64,000 nucleotides of DNA from Botryllus schlosseri (taxonomy: Eukaryota): the NCBI GenBank assembly GCA_051294905.1, contig CM119371.1, positions 15,502,001 to 15,566,000 of the forward strand, read 5' to 3'. This document shows positions 39,401 through 51,300 of the stretch, in pieces. The translations under genes and the position numbers were made by a program. Position 1 is the stretch's first letter, and each line of letters opens with the position of its first letter. The notes beneath the pieces are model-generated. The model worked only from the letters and a program-made list of their open reading frames with translations, searched no databases and was not told where the DNA came from.

Positions 39401-42400
39401 TAAGCGACGCTGTTTCCTATCCAATGACTGAGTGAAATTTCTCAGGGGTTTGATTTACCGAGTTAATTGTCGGCGATTCAATCACATACAAGTATATGGT
39501 CTTTTAGTGACTGATTATTGTGACGACATTTACTTTGACGAATGGCAATGGAAAAATGTCCAATTTCTCTGATCGTGTGCGTTGCACAAATAGTTCTAGT
39601 ATGTAATCAGTGAACGTCATGTAAATTGACAACGACTCTCAGTAGTTTGGTTAGATGATGGAGGTTCAAATCGATATCGCTACTACGAACAGCAATACAA
39701 ACACATTTTTGTAGATTTCAGTGTAGCGCACATTTCGATATTATTAATGCTGAGAGGTTTCTGTATTACTCAAGTATAGTTGAATAGGTGGTGCCTGGCA
39801 AACATATTCCAATTTACTTTTGTAATGATCAAAGTGAGTGAGAAATGATGCGAACGGATTAAGCATTAATCAAATGGTGGTATGTCAATTCACCTAGTGT
39901 GATATCTTGACACCAGGTAATGCGCGAAAGTGTTTCAATTCTCACCGACAATAAAGTATTGCACCGGTTATTGTTCAACAAAGGAAATTGTTGTTTCATC
40001 TTTAGTCTTGTTTACTGCAGACATTTGTAAAATATTTCCTGATATCCACAATACTCTGCGTGGTTTGTACCAAGGCTGAATAATTTTCCAATCGAGAACA
40101 TTTTAGACACACATAGTTTACAACTCAATATGTTAATAACAATGGTACTGAAAAGTTTGTTGCTGTCACAATAATCTTTACCACAACGCCGGGTCTAATT
40201 AACGCAAATAATTTAATAGTCAAGTCATGATCAACTATTACATATGTCAAATCAATGTGTCAATCCTTATGTTTACATCATGATAATTTTCAATATAACA
40301 CCTGCGTTCGATTGTAAGAAATGAATTCTCAACATGTTGGGCAGACATTCAAATCTCGCATACTCAAACATATTATGTTAATCTCAAGTCGCGGGCACCG
40401 AGAAGTAATTACTTTTATCTTACAAAATATACCGCATAGTAATTTCTTTGTCTTACAGAATAGTAACGACTTTTCAAGTTGAATAAAAAAGACATGTAGG
40501 GATATGAATACAACCAGGCTTGTTATGGATTTTAGGTTTTAGTGCTTGTATGGATTCGTGTATGTTTGGCTGTTTTTCATATTGATATTGTTGAGTTGGT
40601 CGGTTAACGGATTTACTTGACAATGTTTTCGTGGTTGATTCTTTGAATATGGTAAGATGGTCAGATGTCGAGACGTAATAGTATTTCCGTTAACTCAATT
40701 ACAACAAAACATAACCAGCATTCAAATAATCCGTAAGCTACAAGTGGATTTAAAACTTGATGCTGTTTTGTGGTTAACTCAAGTCAGTGGTCATATTTGT
40801 GTTGATTTCAGGAATGATCATGACGAGTTGCCTGGGTAGATTAGTTAATGTGGTTGTAACTACGACCGTACAGAGTTGCTGACACCCCAATATCTTTTAC
40901 GCTGTAATATACGGATTTAATTGTGATAAATTAATTCTCAGTTATTGTTCGGACATTCAAATCTCGTATACTCAAAATATAATATGTCCAAGTCAAATCG
41001 TATATGTACCGATTAGTAAATACTTTGTCTTCAGAATAGTAACGACCTCTACAATCGAATAAAAAAGACCGATCATACGAATACAGCCAGGATGAATTAA
41101 TTCAAGTTTGTGAGTTGTAGTGATATAATCAAGTAAGTGAAAACTAGATTTTTAACAATTGTTAATGTTGTGAAGAATTCTTTTGAGTATGGTAAGATGT
41201 TAAAATATCTCTTTGACAAACGGAAAGCGGGATCGCGAATAGAGTTGCAATGTTTCATTACTTGTTTCAAATCAATGTGCATATAATATCGAAATGGGAC
41301 TGCGGGAAAGTTGGTAGTCATGTTTGTCAATCTATTTCAATTCAGACTATGTCAAAGTCCAAATATTTCATTTTGGATTGTTTGGATTTACCTTTAGTAC
41401 ATCCGCGAATGGACTTAAAGTTGGTAAATTACCAAAATGATTGAATATTATCGGGTTAGAGATAGTTGGTATTGATTCTATAACTGTTAAAACAGCGGCG
41501 TGGAATGTGTGAATAATTCAATGTGACTGAAAGTCGGCGTCAGTAATATTCAGGTTACGGTCGAATCAAAAGATCACGTTAAAAAGATTTCTCAAATTAA
41601 TTAGAATTGTACCGGATCAACACATTCAAATACGAATCAACTTGAGCTGTGTAGTAAGTTTCATTTCATTCAATTGATACATTGCTTGAATATTCGCATG
41701 ATTCTTATCATACAACTAAAGTCAAACATGGACAAAGTGTCAAAAACATATAGCGACCATACCAGAAAGTGTCAAATTGTTGGTTTACGAATCACCGTCT
41801 GCGACGACTCTGTGACAAACTAATTACGGAAATATTACCTTGTGAGTGGGCATGAGGGATCGCTTTGTCTGAAGCATTACCCTGTGAGTGTCGTAGGATT
41901 TTAAAATGATATCACACCCTTTTGAATAAGCGTTCACTTCACAAAGGATTAGGGTTAGAGCGGAAATAAGTGACAATTTGTCGCTATTCAAGTTACCGAC
42001 ACTGGCGGTCTGTTATTCGTTACTTATTAAATCGTACGAGTGAAATCAAGCTCTGTGCCAAACTGCTTACGAAAATTTCACCGCGTGAGCGATCGATATG
42101 CCTGTAACATCAAGTCGCGTATGTCTGAGACATTATCTTGTCAGCGAACGCAGGGTTTGCAAACTATTTCACACCTATTTGGAGTGTTAATATGTGAGCG
42201 CGGCTATTGTTGGTATTGCCGTCTACGCCGGTTCCGTGGTAAACTAATTACCAAGCGACTGATTCCTAGATTTAGCAAACTATTTCACACCCTTTTTGGT
42301 GAAAGTACGACACGCCGCTAGCATTCTATCAACGAAAGTACGAATCATCGCCGCGTCCATAAGAATAACGATATATCATTGTCGTACTCGCCGTAATTTG

Positions 42401-43068
42401 GAATATACACATTAACTAAGGACCAATCACTTGACTATTTACTTGATACATATTCAACATCGGGCGAGAGATGTCTATACCCGAAAGGGCGATTCACGGC
42501 CGCACCCATAAGACGCAATAGCCGCATGCCGCCCCGCCGTAAGACATAACGATATATCATTGTCGTACTCACCGTAAACGTTGGGATTAACTCGAATCGG
42601 TCATATATAATAATTTGTAATATACACATTAACTAAGAGTCAATCACGTGACTATTTACTTGATACATATTCAACACCGTGCGAGAGATGCCTATACCCA
42701 CACAAGTACGACTTGTCAACCCGAGTTTTCGAGGCACCGTGTGAGAGATGCCTATACCTGAAAGTACGACCTGTCAACACGAGTTTTCGAGGCTCCGTGA
42801 GAGAGATGGCTATACCTAGAAGAGTCACCGTGTGAGAGATGCCTATACCTGAAAAGGTAACCATGTCACCACCAGTTTTCACGGCACCGTGTGAGCGATC
42901 CCTATACCGAAAAGGGTTACCGTGTGAGAGAGCCCATAAGACACAATGGCACCGTGCGAGCGGAAGGGGGGGTCAAAAGGGTCACCGTGCCAACACGAGT
43001 TTTCGCGGCACCGTGCCACCGCGCCCATAAGAGCCCCACCCACCTCACGACCGATCATACTAACTACT
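36432..43068 (-). repeat. Right arm of giant inverted repeat (6637 bp)
   Basis: Reverse complement of the left arm minus the hAT insertion. Confidence 0.95.
37259..37572. repeat. ~41-bp minisatellite, mirror copy in the right arm
   Basis: Reverse complement of 34357-34670. Confidence 0.9.
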
Positions 43069-43698
43069 CACGTGATACGAACCCCATGCGAAACAGTTTC
43101 CAACGTTTTTATAATTAAAATACAATCGTAACCAACTAAAACCAACAACTGGATGCTGTATTATCTATTGGATTGCGAGAATAAATAGCGAGAAGCAATT
43201 CGCGTGACACCAGAGCCCATCCTTGATTGTGAATGAGTGCGATGTTTCCAGTAATCCATCGAATATGACACCAGAGCAAGTCACTCTCACGGCGCCTTGA
43301 TTAACAAAGTCAGTAGCAGTCACATTCCTAACATCCTAGACTCTAGCAATTACCTAAACATCGATTTCATAGCTAACATAGCTGTGCCAAAATGAGTTTA
43401 ATACTATTGCAACATATAAAAACTCGAGGCGCGAGGCTATTATCTCCATTTGATATGAGTCCAGTGCGTAGTAAGGGGGAAAGTGTAAAGTATGAAGTTA
43501 TCCTACGAATTCGGTACGATCGCAATTATGGGACAAAGTATCCTGTATTTTTTTTTTCGAATATTCGTAACCCGAAAACTATAACTATGTAATTGTGTTA
43601 TTTAATTGTTTGAGTGTAGAATTAATAATTATTTTCCCGGTTCTGTCCGTAATGACAGATGAACAAAAATGTATTTATATGTCAAATTAAAGATAGTT

Positions 43699-43843
43699 CG
43701 AAATTTCATGCTGGTGACGTCATACTTTGTGATACGATTGTTGATATGCAATGTTCTTTCCAATTCTCTACTAGTTGCTGACGATTACCCCTGACGAGTG
43801 TCAGCCGAAAATATTCGGGTTCATTTCAATATGAATATACTAT
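43699..43843 (+). mobile_element. Short Penelope-like retroposed fragment with a 12-bp TSD
   Basis: Flanked by TTAAAGATAGTT (43687-43698, 43844-43855); homologous to 9302-9443; contains a hammerhead motif. Confidence 0.65.
43787..43820 (+). ncRNA. Minimal type I hammerhead ribozyme motif
   Basis: ACCC-CTGACGA-G(TGTCAGC)C-GAAA-ATAT-TC-GGGT: core boxes CUGANGA and GAAA, UC cleavage site, 4-bp stem I, palindromic AATATT at helix III. Confidence 0.6.
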
Positions 43844-44010
43844 TTAAAGATAGTTACGAAGATCACTTTCAAAAGCAAGTCCCGTGTTGACTGAGCACGG
43901 CCTAACCTGCGTAATCGTCGAGGTATTGAAGTAAGGGCGCATGATCTCACGATCTGATTTAAAAACGTGTCTGTGTTACGACCTTTCCCATGTTGATCTC
44001 CATATGGGTA

Positions 44011-45119
44011 TAGTTTTGAAAACGCAGTCTTAATTCGTTCGCATGGACTGTCAAAAGATGCGAATTGAGCTACGCTGCAGGTTCAGAGAGCTTGATTCGT
44101 ATTGATGCATACCTGGAGGTATCAATTTTCGAAAGAATAAGCGTTGTTTTGCATCATTGGATGCAAATTATAGTATTGATATGAAAATGCGATACTAACC
44201 CTTTGTTTACTAGAAGATCCCGTTTTTAGAGAATATCATGACATGGCACCCTACCCCATATTATAAGGCCTCAAGTTTAGGCCAAGAACAATTCGTAGAA
44301 GTTGTATTGGATATGGTGTCATCACTTTGCGCGATTAGTAAACGTTAATAACAAATATTGTGGATCGTAAAAGTTATATTTAGTGGAGCTTTATTTTGGG
44401 AAAATAGAGGCTTTAATCCACTTGCTTTTATGCTTCAACATGTATGTTCTGCAGACAAAAGAATTGAAAGTAATTAGAACTCAAGGTATAATGCTCGCAA
44501 TTGAAACTGAAATACAAATACCACTTCTAAAGAGCGAAAAATATATTTCATGTCTTTTGTCCATAAAGCTTTAAAGGTGATTTAGTAAAACAGGTGTAAC
44601 GTTTAAAAAAGCTGGATTTTCCAGATTAGCAAGACACGCATAGATTACGATATGACCGGTAACTGCTAGATTGCGAAACGGTAGTTTCAAACGTTATGGT
44701 GGGCCATGTTTATTCAGACGAAATATTTGATATGGGCGACAATGCGTTGTGAGAGGAACCAAGAAATCCGGTGCCCAAATTATATTCACTGATATTTTCA
44801 TGAAAACCTACTTGTCACTCCATCACTAGGCCGAAGCGCAACAAAGTGTCTGGGCTTTACTTGACCTTTATGAATATTAAATGTTGGTATTCCGTGAAAA
44901 CAACCCCTAAATTCCCCAGGCTATCTTTCGTATTGGGGGATTAAACTACTTCTACTTGACAAACTGAAAATAGCGAAAAGTAAGTAAGTAGATCACAAAA
45001 TATCACGAAGTAGAAGTAGAAGTAGAAAAATCAGATCTACTTGAGTAAGTGTCAGAAGTAGAGGAAAACTACTTGAGTACTTCGAAAAAGTAGAAGTATT
45101 TCGTTACTGACCACCTCTG
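44011..45119 (-). mobile_element. Diverged, one-end-truncated copy of the hAT element at 28997-30270
   Basis: Inverted colinear homology to about 28997-30105; intact end TGACCACCTCTG at 45119; flanks CATATGGG/TATATGGG resemble a TSD. Confidence 0.85.
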
Positions 45120-48100
45120 TATATGGGTTTAATTTTAGCAAGTCGTGAATAACGGAATTGGCAAAAATACGATGGTTTCCGATTGAATACGGCAAAGAGC
45201 CGATCAAACGTTGGCGCTAACGACGATATAACTTGACACTTGCTTTGGTCGTAATCTGGCGTTATCCCTGTGTATGCGCTGTGAGTGATCTAATGAGATG
45301 TTCAATTGTAAACCTGGACGTTGGAATTTAGTTTATTATCAATAAATTACGAGTAGAGTTTCTTTCAAGTCCGGGGACCTGTTGGGTCAGAAGTGACACA
45401 GCAGTGCGACCATAGATATTTCAATGATTTATTTGCGTAACAGGGGCCTACGATACGAAACGATACCGAATATCGTAGGCCCCGGTGTAACTAAGATATT
45501 TTCTAGGGATGGTGTGAACGTAATTTCGGACCTCCATTCAAGCCCCCTCCCCCTATTGGGGGTTTTGAGTGCGACTCTGTTGGTCCTGCATATATACCTT
45601 ATCAATATAAGATTTGCTGGTGGAGCTGATAAAGGCGGTGTCTTCAAACATTTAGAAGGCACGCAATGATTCCTATTGAGCTATATGTTCATACCACACG
45701 ATAAGACTATTCACGAGTGTCGGGAACGTGAGCGTATCGGCGGGCCACTTGTACTTATTTGGTTGAAGCATGCCGTTATTTAGTGACCTCCGGTCGGCTC
45801 CGGAGAAAGTTGTCGCCACTTAAAGGATCGCTCACACGTACCGCAACCTAGTAAAAGAGAAATGTCCATGGTGGGATTCGCACGATTCTAAATTTGCATT
45901 TATTCACGGGCGCAATATTTATTGCCTCAGCTCGTCGCATTGGTACGCTTGGGACTCAGGTTGCAAAGACTGGGCCGTATGCGCGATCTTCGACCAATAA
46001 GGTTCTATCGCCGGCGATCTTTCTGGGATCGCACTTCGTGTTAGCTAAACCTATCTGCATTAGGTGTCTTTTTGGCGCCGAAAATCTGGTGCCTAATAGT
46101 TCCGCAAACGCAGGCAGCACACAGTCACATTCAATTCTGTACATCAGGCGTATGTTTATTTAGGCCTATTATTTATTTTGATTTATCGAGAGACGAGTAG
46201 TAAACAATCAAATAACTATACAAATTATATATCGCGCAAAGCAAATATTAATTTACGAAAAAGTCCGAAAAATTGTGGAGAGCCCATGGCCCTTTTGGCC
46301 CCTCCTGGCTTCGGCAATGCCACCTATACAAGGAATAAATCGTAAATGAATTTATTAACGTTATGTAGCCTATACTTTGATAGTTGTTGAAGTCGATGAG
46401 ACATCTGTGGTCGATCAAAGTTTTCAACTATAGTTCTTTGAGCTTTGCCTGCGTGTAGGACGTGGTAAATCCTGCACGTGAACATAAATTAGATTGTACC
46501 GCAGATTTATCTTGTTAATGTTCATGGCCGGAAATGTATGCTCGCAAATGTATGTAGAGTAGTAGACCCGCGTGCCACAGTATCATGTAAAACCGGAAAT
46601 CGTCTGCGAGCCGCTCAAAATCCCGTTGCGGACCGATATCTGGCTGATTGAGCGATTCCGGGGACATGAGCGGAATATAATTTACACTTACGTAATCAGT
46701 ACAGCACAATGTGTTTGAACTGCAGCCCTAGCTTTAAAGATTATCGAATCCACCATTATTAAACTGCAGCACGGTAATATTTTATTCGTGTTGTGTGCTT
46801 ATTCGGCTATTTCGTAGTCAAGTGTGTCTAACTCAACGTTATACCACATCCACAGGTAGAGCGGATGTAAGACATCCTGCATACCGGAAGTGTGAATTGT
46901 TATTGCCGCTCGAGAAACTGTGTCGGTCTTTGTTACGTCACAAGCGCAACACAATTCGGATATTTCGAAGTTGAATAGTTGATTACTAACGTTTGGTCCT
47001 GATGAAAGTCATTCGAAATGCATTGAGTGGAATAAAATAGGGTGTATGAATATGTTGTTTGCTGTGATATGAAAATTATGCACATTTTAAAGTGAATTTA
47101 AATCACAAAAATGCACCAAACTTCAACAAATTCCAGTAGGTGTCGCTCTAGGAGCCTTCGTATATAAATAGGCTTGAAAAAGCGCGGCGTCGCAGAAATT
47201 TTAACTCACGAACGCGAGTCACGTCTGCTTCTCGAATTCAGCGATTATAGCTCGAACTTCAGATTTCAAAAAGTGAATACTTTGGATATGGATTTTCAAA
47301 AGTGAGTAGCTCTATTTCTAGTTGCACATTTGAAAAAGAATTTGGGTTTTCGACCAACTAGAAAGCACTTGTCATTTGATATTTGCTGTGATGTTCTTGA
47401 TAGCATCATGGCGGAGCGTCGGTCGGCGGGCTCCATCCCCGCCCGGGTTAGACTAAAGGCTTGATTATTAACAGTTGTATCGATGACTGCCCCGCTTGTC
47501 GCTCAGCATTACCGGCATAGCTTGGAAGGGCGATGCGAGATTTAGAAAGCCTAATACAAAGCTAAATATCCATCTTCCTTGTCCAGCGGCACATGCACAT
47601 CATGCACTGCTCCTGGAAGGAATATGAGTATAGGGAAATGTCACAAATTAGATTTGAAGTAGATAACCAGCATTATGTTCTACTTCATGTGATAGAATTA
47701 TAAGCGGAAGTCTGTTTTCAGATCCAGCGAGTATAGCATCTAGAATTGGCACTTGTTCGCACAGCGATTTGTGATGCGTGACTTTTGTTTCAGTCTCTTT
47801 AATTGACTTTATGGTTGTATAAATAAAATAAAAATACATTAAAGATTACCGTACTTTGTGTCTTTTTTTCGTTAAACTTGTGAAAATTCGTTGGATCGAT
47901 AACAACAGATATCTCATTTCTACCAAGTTTTGTATTTTTGTAATACAAGGCATCTACGGCAAAAATAGTATTGAAACTGTGATTCTCTTGAACATGCCTC
48001 TTCAATTGCACTTGATGAAAATACTGAGTCAGTCGAGACTTCAAAGATATCTCTGTTGTTAGTGAGTTTCATATGCTTCATTACGACCAATCTAGCTTGA

Positions 48101-48335
48101 CAATGCTTGTGTACAAATAACTCATTCTGGCAATGAGCATATAGTTTGAGTACCGTACTTGAAATAATCATATCGTAATACTTGACTCGAATAATTAGAG
48201 TCATTACTCGATTCAGGTTGGATTGCTTGTATCATTGTAACCATCATCCAGCACTGTCCATTAGTAATTTTGAGTACCAGTGAGGCGTCTTTACATTTTC
48301 ATTAGTTCGATTTTAACCGGCCTATTTACAAACAG

Positions 48336-51300
48336 GGTCCAGGAACCCAAGGAAAGCGAGGGGGAAGGTATGTATGACTTGACGTTGCTCTATCTTCTCT
48401 GATCTTGGGCGGATGGATAGAACATGCGCGTCTTTTTCAGGTGACGAGATTTCATCCACCTGCAGTGGGGTGTCAAGTGACCACTCGTATTCTATGGGTA
48501 ACCGACTACCAGGAAGTGTGGTCCAACCAAAAAAGAAATTTCCCAGGTGAAAGAGTTTTTGAAAAATTTTTGCTTGAGTTCGTATTGGTTATATTTGACG
48601 CCTAAATAAAATCTACCCCAACAATGGCATATTCTACTTGTGCAAAGTTTGGAACAAACCGGGATGGAATTCTTGATCCTTGCATATTCACATTTCACAC
48701 ACATAGTTTGAATGTGATTTCCTATAGTAGCAATTCATGCCTGGCACGAGAAAAATCTCATTGAGGAGTATTAGAATACATGTGTTGTACATGGTAAAGA
48801 GTAAACATAATTTGTCTACATGATAAGATATAGACGCAAAGCAGAGAGACAAATGTATCATGTCATCATGAAACCTGTAGCTATCGTATACCAAGCCTCA
48901 TATAAACATTTCTAGTCAGCATCATATGTTAACAATGTAATCCATAGCTTTCAATTTAGGAATAAAACTGCCATTTTGTAAAATATATTCAAACCCAGTG
49001 GTTACCAACCTTTTTTAACTCGTACACCCATTGACCGAGATTGGAGCCTAAATTTCCCCTCGTTGAAATCATCTCTCTCTACTCGGCTTCAATCTTTAGC
49101 ATTATTTCTCGATTCTGATTCGATTACTCGAATGATTGTATTCATCATCCAGCGCCATCCAACGTTGCGTTTGAGTACTAGTGAGGAGTTTATTTTCCTT
49201 AACGTTTCTGGTTGGTTTGATTTTAATCTGTAATCAACAAACAGCAAAAAGAGAACACGCAGTCCCTTTGCCGTGGCGGTAAGAAAACAACAGGATTTGG
49301 CAGGACCGAGTACCAGAAGATCAGCAAGGTGGGCAGTTGTTATTCGTGAATTTTATAAATACATAACTGATTGCACATAGAACATTTTAATTTGTGAAAT
49401 CTGATATGATAATGACTCGAGATCATGTTCTTCTTTGAACGTAAAATGGCAAGATCTTTGTGTTGTAAATTGATCGCGCTGCTATGCTTTTGGTAATCAA
49501 GAACAAATTATACCTTGGTTTCTCTTTCTGCTGTTATCTTTGCTTATCAAAGTGGTGCTAGGCCTATATCATGGCTTTCAATACAACATCCATCATAAAA
49601 GAATATTCATTGAACTCGTAGAATTTTCGGGTGCCTCTTTTCAAGAGTTAGCTGCACACTTCTTACAATGGATGTTGTATTGATAGCTATATTCAAGTTC
49701 TGTACCACGAACCAGCTAATTAGGAATTGCCTATATCTTAACAATACAACTGGTTTCTTAGGGTGTGCTATGGCTATGGGCTGAAATATAAAAAGATTGA
49801 AACGTCGGGTATAACATATTCTGACGGGATGCATTACCATGTGTGAAACTGGTCCTGTTGTATGGTATCAAGTTGAGGTTGCTACTTATTTGAATGCGAA
49901 ATCATAAGGTCTCCTGCTACGACATTGGCGGGGTTATGTATGGTGTTGTTATTATGTGCGAGATTGTGTGATTCTTGCAGTAGAGGCATTTGTACATATA
50001 TTTAGCCTTACAAATCTGATATAATTTATAACATCCTGTTCGCGAAACGCCCCCTTTTATTTCTCTGTATGAAACATGCTTGCGAAATATGATTTGATAT
50101 ATATGTGTTACAGTAACTGAATTCATTTTCGAATATCGCTACAAGTCATTTTTTGTTAGTAGCAGGTGTGAGGAGACCGTGCGGTCTAAGGAAGAGAAAA
50201 CGAAGTGTCTGCAGACCTTATTGGACTCTCATTCGTCGGCAGCAAAACCCACTGCTCAGCAGCTTTCAAAAAGTAAGTCCAACTGTAGGAGTATTAATTA
50301 CCAACCTAAGGATAGATATGCAGCTCCTGTCGTCAAGCTAACATACACAATGAGGTCGACTGCTGGGCCGGGCAAAATTGGTGTTATTGGCAGTCCTATA
50401 GCGGGCAACCCGAGCGCTAAAATTCAATCAAACTTGACTTCATCGCAAGCTAGTGTCGTACTTTAAAAATATATAATAAAATCAGGCCAGTTTATTGGAA
50501 CCAACCTCAAAATAGCCCTCAAAATCTGAACATCAGGATCGTTGCAAAGACTGGTGCCGGTAGTTTGTTCAAGTTTGGTGATAATGCTGTGGGTTAATCA
50601 TGACTTCAGAGAGGTGTCGTTTCCGCTACTTGCATGGAGTTGTACGACGTTTATCGTAAGCTGTGTTATGACCGATCGAGGTTTCAAGGATATCACTCGA
50701 TTAGGATAACTATAATTCTCGTTGATAAATTCACTCTTAAGCATCAGTCACGTACGTAAAATCGTATGGCGTATAGGGCGCGTAAAGCATTTCTTTAGTT
50801 TCTCTCCTTTCTCTTCTCTTCTCTCATTTGCTCGGCGTAAAGAGCCTCCTCTCTCTCGTTTTTTACGCGGACCTTACACAGACCTTACATGGAGAGAGCG
50901 ATTCGTACGAGCGTATTGTGGACTTGCCGAGCTAAATTGTGAGAATTGATAGCTGCAATAAGGGGTCGCAAGAGGCTCGGCTGACGCTTGGCAGCGACAA
51001 CATGCGTTACCTTTATTCTCACTTTTCGTTCAGCGATGACGTAATCTCTCGTTTTGGCCAATTTAGTGAGAGAGTGAGAATCGTACGAGGTACGATTTTA
51101 CGAGAATGTGACCCAGTCTTTAGTGACAAGGATCATATAATTTCAGTACTCGACTCGAATCATCAGAACTAATACTCTATTCAGATTCCAGCAATCGCAT
51201 TCCAGGATTGCCACCAAGGGGCTCTTCCAGGCAAGGTACTAGACACGGGAAAAGGCCCGTCTCGCCATCACCTGGTAGAAGTGGGCCTGCGCCAAAGCGT

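Larger units (their letters stand above)
27579..43068. mobile_element. Giant foldback element with Polinton/Maverick-type ends, non-autonomous
   Basis: Ends AGTAGTTAG...CTAACTACT, CACGTG on both flanks (27573-27578, 43069-43074), inverted arms 27579-35502 and 36432-43068; no ORF over about 120 aa. The inverted repeat is directly visible; the Polinton assignment rests on the ends and the 6-bp flank. Confidence 0.75.

Noticed and set aside
27617..43030. Paired identical short ORFs in the two arms as conserved genes
   Set aside because: Their identity simply reflects the inverted repeat; most are 60-100 aa with no recognisable motif.
27579..43068. Palindrome as a pure assembly artefact
   Set aside because: Arms differ by a TSD-flanked insertion, substitutions and an indel, have a unique spacer and end exactly at transposon-like termini. 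Long-read confirmation is still needed.
46880..46945. Promoter call from CCGGAAGT and TTACGTCA motifs
   Set aside because: Short motifs alone are insufficient and may belong to a decayed repeat; mentioned only as a possibility.
47721..47769. Possible upstream exon (DPASIASRIGTCSHSD) of the repeat gene
   Set aside because: Good acceptor but weak donor and no paralogous copy to test it; left uncalled.
48336..48367. Collagen-like reading GPGTQGKRGG of the 32-nt exon
   Set aside because: Too short, and that frame is not phase-compatible with the neighbouring exons; VQEPKESEGE is.
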